Virus record (IMG/VR): IMGVR_UViG_3300020406_000408 | Span: 4,464 to 68,463 of that record | Reading direction: 5' to 3' (one strand) | From: a virus | DNA length: 64,000 nucleotides | In this document: piece after piece, positions 59,907 through 64,000 of the stretch | How positions within the stretch are numbered: position 1 is the first letter of the stretch | How the letters are laid out: each line of letters opens with the position of its first letter | The notes under the pieces: model-generated | Seen by the model: only the letters and a program-made list of their open reading frames with translations | Database searches by the model: none | What the model was told of the DNA's origin: nothing | Translations under genes and position numbers: made by a program

Positions 59907-60917
59907 TTGTTTAAAAAAGCGGCGGTTTTTACTGATATCCATCTTGGATTGAAGTCTAACAGTAAAGTTCATTTACAGGATTGTGAAGAATTTGTAGATT
60001 GGTTTATCCAAAAAGCAAAAGATAACGGTTGTGAAACTGGAATATTTTGTGGAGATTGGCATCACAATCGAAATACTATTAATGTACAAACACTTGATAC
60101 TACAACTAGGTGTTTAGAAAAACTAGGTAAGGCATTTGAAAAGTTTTATTTCTTTGCTGGTAATCATGACTTGTATTACAAAGATAAACGCGATATCTAT
60201 TCGTTAGAGTTTGGTAAACACATTCCTGGTATTACTTACGTAGATGAAATATTACAAGAAGATGACGTTGTTCTTGTTCCTTGGTTAGTAGGTGAAGAAT
60301 GGAAACAGATTTCCAAGATCAAAGCAAAATATATGTTCGGTCATTTTGAACTTCCTAACTTCTATATGAATGCCATGGTACAGATGCCAGACACTGGTGA
60401 GTTGAAGGCTGAACACTTTAAGCATCAAGACTATGTATTTTCAGGACACTTCCATAAAAGACAGGTACAAGGAAAAATACATTATTTAGGAAATGCTTTT
60501 CCGCACAACTACGCAGACGCATGGGATGACAAACGTGGCATGATGATCCTTGATAAGGAAAACAACAAAGAACCAGTATATATAGACTGGGATGATTGTC
60601 CAAAATATAGAACTTTAAAACTCTCTAAACTGCTAGATGAAAAAGAAAAACTATTAAAAAGTAAAATGTATCTTAGAGTTACACTTGACTTACCTATATC
60701 ATACGAAGAAGCTAGTTTTATAAAAGAAACTTTTGTAAACGAATATGACTGTAGAGAAATAACACTTATTCCAAGTCAAAAGGATGAAGAGATACACACT
60801 GATATTGATATAAGCACATTTGAAAGTGTAGATCAAATTGTAACGAAGGAGATTACGGCAATTGATACTGAACAATATGATAAAAACACGCTGTTAAGGA
60901 TATATGACGAACTATGA
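59907..60917 (+). CDS. Recombination endonuclease subunit (T4 gp47 / Mre11 / SbcD)
   Basis: Metallophosphoesterase motifs TDIHLG, GDWHH, GNHD, GHFE and SGHFH. Confidence 0.92.
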   Translation: MFKKAAVFTDIHLGLKSNSKVHLQDCEEFVDWFIQKAKDNGCETGIFCGDWHHNRNTINVQTLDTTTRCLEKLGKAFEKFYFFAGNHDLYYKDKRDIYSLEFGKHIPGITYVDEILQEDDVVLVPWLVGEEWKQISKIKAKYMFGHFELPNFYMNAMVQMPDTGELKAEHFKHQDYVFSGHFHKRQVQGKIHYLGNAFPHNYADAWDDKRGMMILDKENNKEPVYIDWDDCPKYRTLKLSKLLDEKEKLLKSKMYLRVTLDLPISYEEASFIKETFVNEYDCREITLIPSQKDEEIHTDIDISTFESVDQIVTKEITAIDTEQYDKNTLLRIYDEL

Positions 60918-62692
60918 TAAAAATTAAGAGCCTTACAGTAAAGAATTTTATGAGTGTGGGTAATCAAACCCAAGCAGTTGACTTTGATAAACAACAATTA
61001 ACTCTTGTACTTGGTGAAAATCTTGATCAAGGCGGAGATGATATGGGTTCTCGAAACGGAACTGGAAAAACAACAATCATAAACGCATTAAGTTATGCTT
61101 TGTATGGTATAGCACTAACAAATATTAAAAGAAATAATTTAATTAACAAAACCAACAACAAAGGTATGTTGGTTACTTTGACTTTTGAAAAAGACGGCAC
61201 AGATTATAAAGTAGAAAGAGGACGTGGTCCTAATCTACTAAAATTTTTTGTTGATGATCAAGAGCAAGAAATGACTGACGAAAGTCAAGGTGATAGCCGT
61301 AAAACACAGGAAACAATAAATGAACTGTTAGGAATGAGTCATAACATGTTTAAGCATATACTTGCTTTAAACACATATACGGAACCATTCTTAAGCATGA
61401 AGGTAAATGATCAAAAGGACATTATTGAGCAACTGCTTGGTATAACAATACTTTCTGAAAAAGCAGAAACCTTAAAAGAAAAAATTAAACAAACTAGAGA
61501 TAATATTACAGAAGAAAACGCAAATATAAACGCCAAGCAACAGAGTAATGAAAGAATTAAAGAAACTATAGATAGCTTAAAGATAAAACAGAGTGCTTGG
61601 GAAACAAATAAAAAGACAAATCTTGAAAAATTACAAAGAGGTATACGTGAACTAGAACATCTTGACGTTGATGGTGAATTAGAAAAACACGAAAAACTAA
61701 AAAACTGGGAAGAACTAAACACAAGAATCAACACACTAAAGAAAGAAACAGCAACACTAGACTCTACATTGCTAAGAGCTAACAATTCAGTAGATAAAGT
61801 TAAAAAAGATATTGAAGAACTTGATAATGCTGTGTGTTATGCTTGTGGTCAAGAACTACAAGAAGATAAAGTAAAAGAAATAGAAAACAAAAAAGCCAAA
61901 GAATTAGAAGATGCTGTTTCTTATCAAAAAGAAATCACAGATAAATTATCCGAAGCAAACAATCAGCTTACAGAAATAGGTGATATAAATGGCCGGCCTG
62001 ATACTTTTTATGAAACTATCAAAGAAGTTTATGATCACAAACAAAATGTAGCACAACTAAAACAAGCATTCGAAAATAGTCAAAATGAAACTGATCCTTA
62101 TCAGGAACAAATTGATGATTTGACTAAAACAGGAATCCAAGAAGTTGATTGGACCACAATCAACGCACTCAATGATCTCAAAGAACATCAAGAGTTCTTA
62201 TTAAAACTGTTGACAAACAAAGACAGTTTTATACGTAAAAAGATTATTGATCAAAACTTGGCATACTTGAACAACAGGCTCACACATTATCTTGACAAGT
62301 TAGGACTTCCACATCAGGTTGTTTTCCAAAACGATCTAAATGTTGAAATTACACAGCTTGGACAGGATCTTGATTTTGACAATCTTTCCAGAGGTGAGCG
62401 TAATAGGTTGATTCTTGGTATGAGTTTTGCTTTCAGAGATGTCTGGGAGAGCTTGTATCAAAATATTAATCTACTGTTCATTGACGAGCTTGTTGATTCG
62501 GGTATGGATACTAGTGGAGTTGAAAACAGTTTAGCTATACTAAAGAAGATGGGAAGAGAACGTCATAAAAACGTTTATCTCATATCGCATAAGGACGAAT
62601 TGGTTGGTAGAGTTACACACGTACTAAAAGTAATTAAGGAAAACGGCTTTACATCATATGAAAATGACGTGGAAATATTTAATGAAAGATGA
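60914..62692 (+). CDS. Recombination ATPase subunit (T4 gp46 / Rad50 / SbcC)
   Basis: KNFMSVG, Walker A NGTGKT, Zn hook CYAC within a coiled coil, signature LSRGE, Walker B LFIDE and ISH. Confidence 0.93.
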   Translation: MIKIKSLTVKNFMSVGNQTQAVDFDKQQLTLVLGENLDQGGDDMGSRNGTGKTTIINALSYALYGIALTNIKRNNLINKTNNKGMLVTLTFEKDGTDYKVERGRGPNLLKFFVDDQEQEMTDESQGDSRKTQETINELLGMSHNMFKHILALNTYTEPFLSMKVNDQKDIIEQLLGITILSEKAETLKEKIKQTRDNITEENANINAKQQSNERIKETIDSLKIKQSAWETNKKTNLEKLQRGIRELEHLDVDGELEKHEKLKNWEELNTRINTLKKETATLDSTLLRANNSVDKVKKDIEELDNAVCYACGQELQEDKVKEIENKKAKELEDAVSYQKEITDKLSEANNQLTEIGDINGRPDTFYETIKEVYDHKQNVAQLKQAFENSQNETDPYQEQIDDLTKTGIQEVDWTTINALNDLKEHQEFLLKLLTNKDSFIRKKIIDQNLAYLNNRLTHYLDKLGLPHQVVFQNDLNVEITQLGQDLDFDNLSRGERNRLILGMSFAFRDVWESLYQNINLLFIDELVDSGMDTSGVENSLAILKKMGRERHKNVYLISHKDELVGRVTHVLKVIKENGFTSYENDVEIFNER

Positions 62693-63093
62693 TATTAGAT
62701 AAAATTAAAAATCGTGGTGAAGAAATGGCTCCGTTAGAAGGGCATGATAGATTACAGTATCTTATTGACATAGCTAGAGAAGTACCTCCTCTAGAAGACA
62801 AAGATAAAATAGACGAAAATAAAATCAGAGGTTGTGCTAGTAATCTCTGGGTAGTAGGAAAAGTCAATGAAGATGGAACAATGTCTTACAAACATGACGC
62901 AGATGCTTGGATAACGAAAGGCACAGCAAAAGTTTTGGTTGATCTATTAGATGGTGAACACCGTAGTGCTATAGCACAGCTGACCTTGGAAAGTTTTGAA
63001 GGCTTGGGAATTAGAAATCTTTTGACTATGCAGAGACAAGTAGGCTTCGGCAGTTTAGTAGAACGCATGATAGGAATAGCAAAGAATGCATGA
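62689..63093 (+). CDS. sufE: SufE-family sulfur acceptor (Fe-S cluster assembly)
   Basis: DRLQYLID, ENKIRGCASNLW with the conserved Cys, DADAWITKG and LTMQRQVG. Confidence 0.85.
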   Translation: MILDKIKNRGEEMAPLEGHDRLQYLIDIAREVPPLEDKDKIDENKIRGCASNLWVVGKVNEDGTMSYKHDADAWITKGTAKVLVDLLDGEHRSAIAQLTLESFEGLGIRNLLTMQRQVGFGSLVERMIGIAKNA

Positions 63094-63286
63094 TGACATA
63101 CATGATAAGCTAACCAAGGCATATATGGCATATTTCAAGGCAAATGAAGCATTTGAAGCAAGAAATTCAGTACGTACACACAGAGAGACTCGTAAATGGC
63201 TTCGTGAAATAAGATCTTTAGCAAAACAACGCATGGATGAAGTACACGATAGGCATAATTCCAAAAAGGACGTCCCAGAAGATTAG
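63086..63286 (+). CDS. Small basic helical protein, possibly histone-like Hc1-type
   Basis: RETRKWLREIRSLAKQRMDEV loosely resembles Hc1-like proteins; the ORF overlaps sufE. Confidence 0.4.
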   Translation: MHDDIHDKLTKAYMAYFKANEAFEARNSVRTHRETRKWLREIRSLAKQRMDEVHDRHNSKKDVPED

Positions 63287-63293
63287 GCTAGGG

Positions 63294-63299
63294 TAAGTA
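63294..63299 (+). promoter_or_regulatory. Putative late promoter variant TAAGTA, 5 nt before the ATG
   Basis: TAAGTAtccatATG. Confidence 0.45.
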
Positions 63300-63304
63300 T
63301 CCAT

Positions 63305-63727
63305 ATGCGATGGACTTACCAAGGTAAAGAAATAGAAGAATTACCCGAAGATGTAGAGGGATTTGTATATCTAATAACCAACAAGACCAACGATAAAAAG
63401 TATATAGGCAAGAAATTAGCCAAATTTAAGAAAACACGCCCACCACTCAAAGGCAAGAAAAACAAAAGAAGAAGCAAAGTAGAAAGCGATTGGCGAGATT
63501 ACTGGGGATCCTCAGATCATTTGATCGCCGACGTTGAAAAAATAGGACCAGAAAATTTTACAAGAGAAATATTGTATCTATGTCAAAGCAGAGGCTTAAT
63601 GAGTTATTTAGAGGCTAGGGAACAATTCAACCGCAGAGTGTTAGAAACTGATGAATACTACAACGGAATCATCAATGTGCGGGTAGGTAGTTCAAAAATT
63701 CTTAAAGAACAACTAAAAAAAATCTAG
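63305..63727 (+). CDS. Small GIY-YIG nuclease
   Basis: GFVYLITN.....YIGKK, YWGSS, FTREIL, the conserved Glu in YLEARE, and YYN. Confidence 0.8.
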   Translation: MRWTYQGKEIEELPEDVEGFVYLITNKTNDKKYIGKKLAKFKKTRPPLKGKKNKRRSKVESDWRDYWGSSDHLIADVEKIGPENFTREILYLCQSRGLMSYLEAREQFNRRVLETDEYYNGIINVRVGSSKILKEQLKKI

Positions 63728-63734
63728 GCAATAT

Positions 63735-64000
63735 AGGACGCTGTTTGATCGAGGAGGCTCGATCCGCTTTGAGGTGTAGACCAGAGCTACATCAGAACTG
63801 GCGTGTCCATTAAACTGTTGCTCCAAAAAACTCCTAGCAAAGGAACGAAGCGGGAGATAGCGAGATCCGCGAAGCGGTTGCGGTAGCAAAACCGGTTACG
63901 CAGATTTTCGTGATGTCGACGTAGGTTGGGAAAGGTCAGAGCCCATGGAGCAAGTCAAATACCTACTTCCGGTCTCGGCTGTGCGAACTCACATGAAGCT
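63735..64000 (+). ncRNA. Candidate large structured non-coding RNA, running off the window edge
   Basis: No ORF in the track and GC clearly above the background. Many stems and a crossing pair of long-range helices are visible. Strand is inferred from the flanking gene and G-U pairs. Confidence 0.6.

Noticed and set aside
414-63264. Many 60-150 aa ORFs antisense to, or frame-shifted within, long genes (e.g. 16611-17000, 28769-29233, 58564-59004, 61411-61785, 12042-12353)
   Set aside because: They overlap well-supported genes, have no motifs, and show composition typical of shadow ORFs.
1-64000. Stop-codon reassignment as seen in some jumbo phages
   Set aside because: Coding density is near complete in the standard code, and TAA, TAG and TGA all end genes at tight overlaps.
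1-64000. CRISPR array, tRNA, DGR or IS element
   Set aside because: No spaced direct repeats, cloverleaf, reverse transcriptase or transposase were seen by eye.

Overview
AT-rich fragment of a large T4-like (jumbo) myophage genome in the standard genetic code. It has four parts. (1) 1-25.8 kb is a tightly packed tailoring-enzyme island: 9 radical SAM proteins (one B12-dependent), 10 2OG-Fe(II) oxygenases, 4 GT-A glycosyltransferases, 2 nitroreductases, 2 kinase-like proteins, 2 methyltransferases, a sulfotransferase and a short PLP enzyme. (2) 25.8-58.9 kb (minus strand) holds tail and baseplate genes: three paralogous fibres, a 4986-aa protein, gp6, gp25, PAAR, a gp5 spike with a C-terminal GH19 domain, a probable hub, and gp53- and gp48/54-like proteins. 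(3) 59-63.7 kb (plus strand) holds a gp55-like late sigma factor, gp47/gp46, SufE and a GIY-YIG nuclease. (4) From about 63.73 kb to the edge is a GC-rich, highly paired non-coding stretch that looks like a large structured RNA. Promoter motifs suggest the enzyme island splits into a late GT/radical-SAM arm and a sigma70-driven oxygenase arm. My leading hypothesis, which is inference only, is a phage-encoded pathway that builds and heavily tailors a glycan or other modification on the virion. All product calls come from motifs read by eye; no database searches were run.
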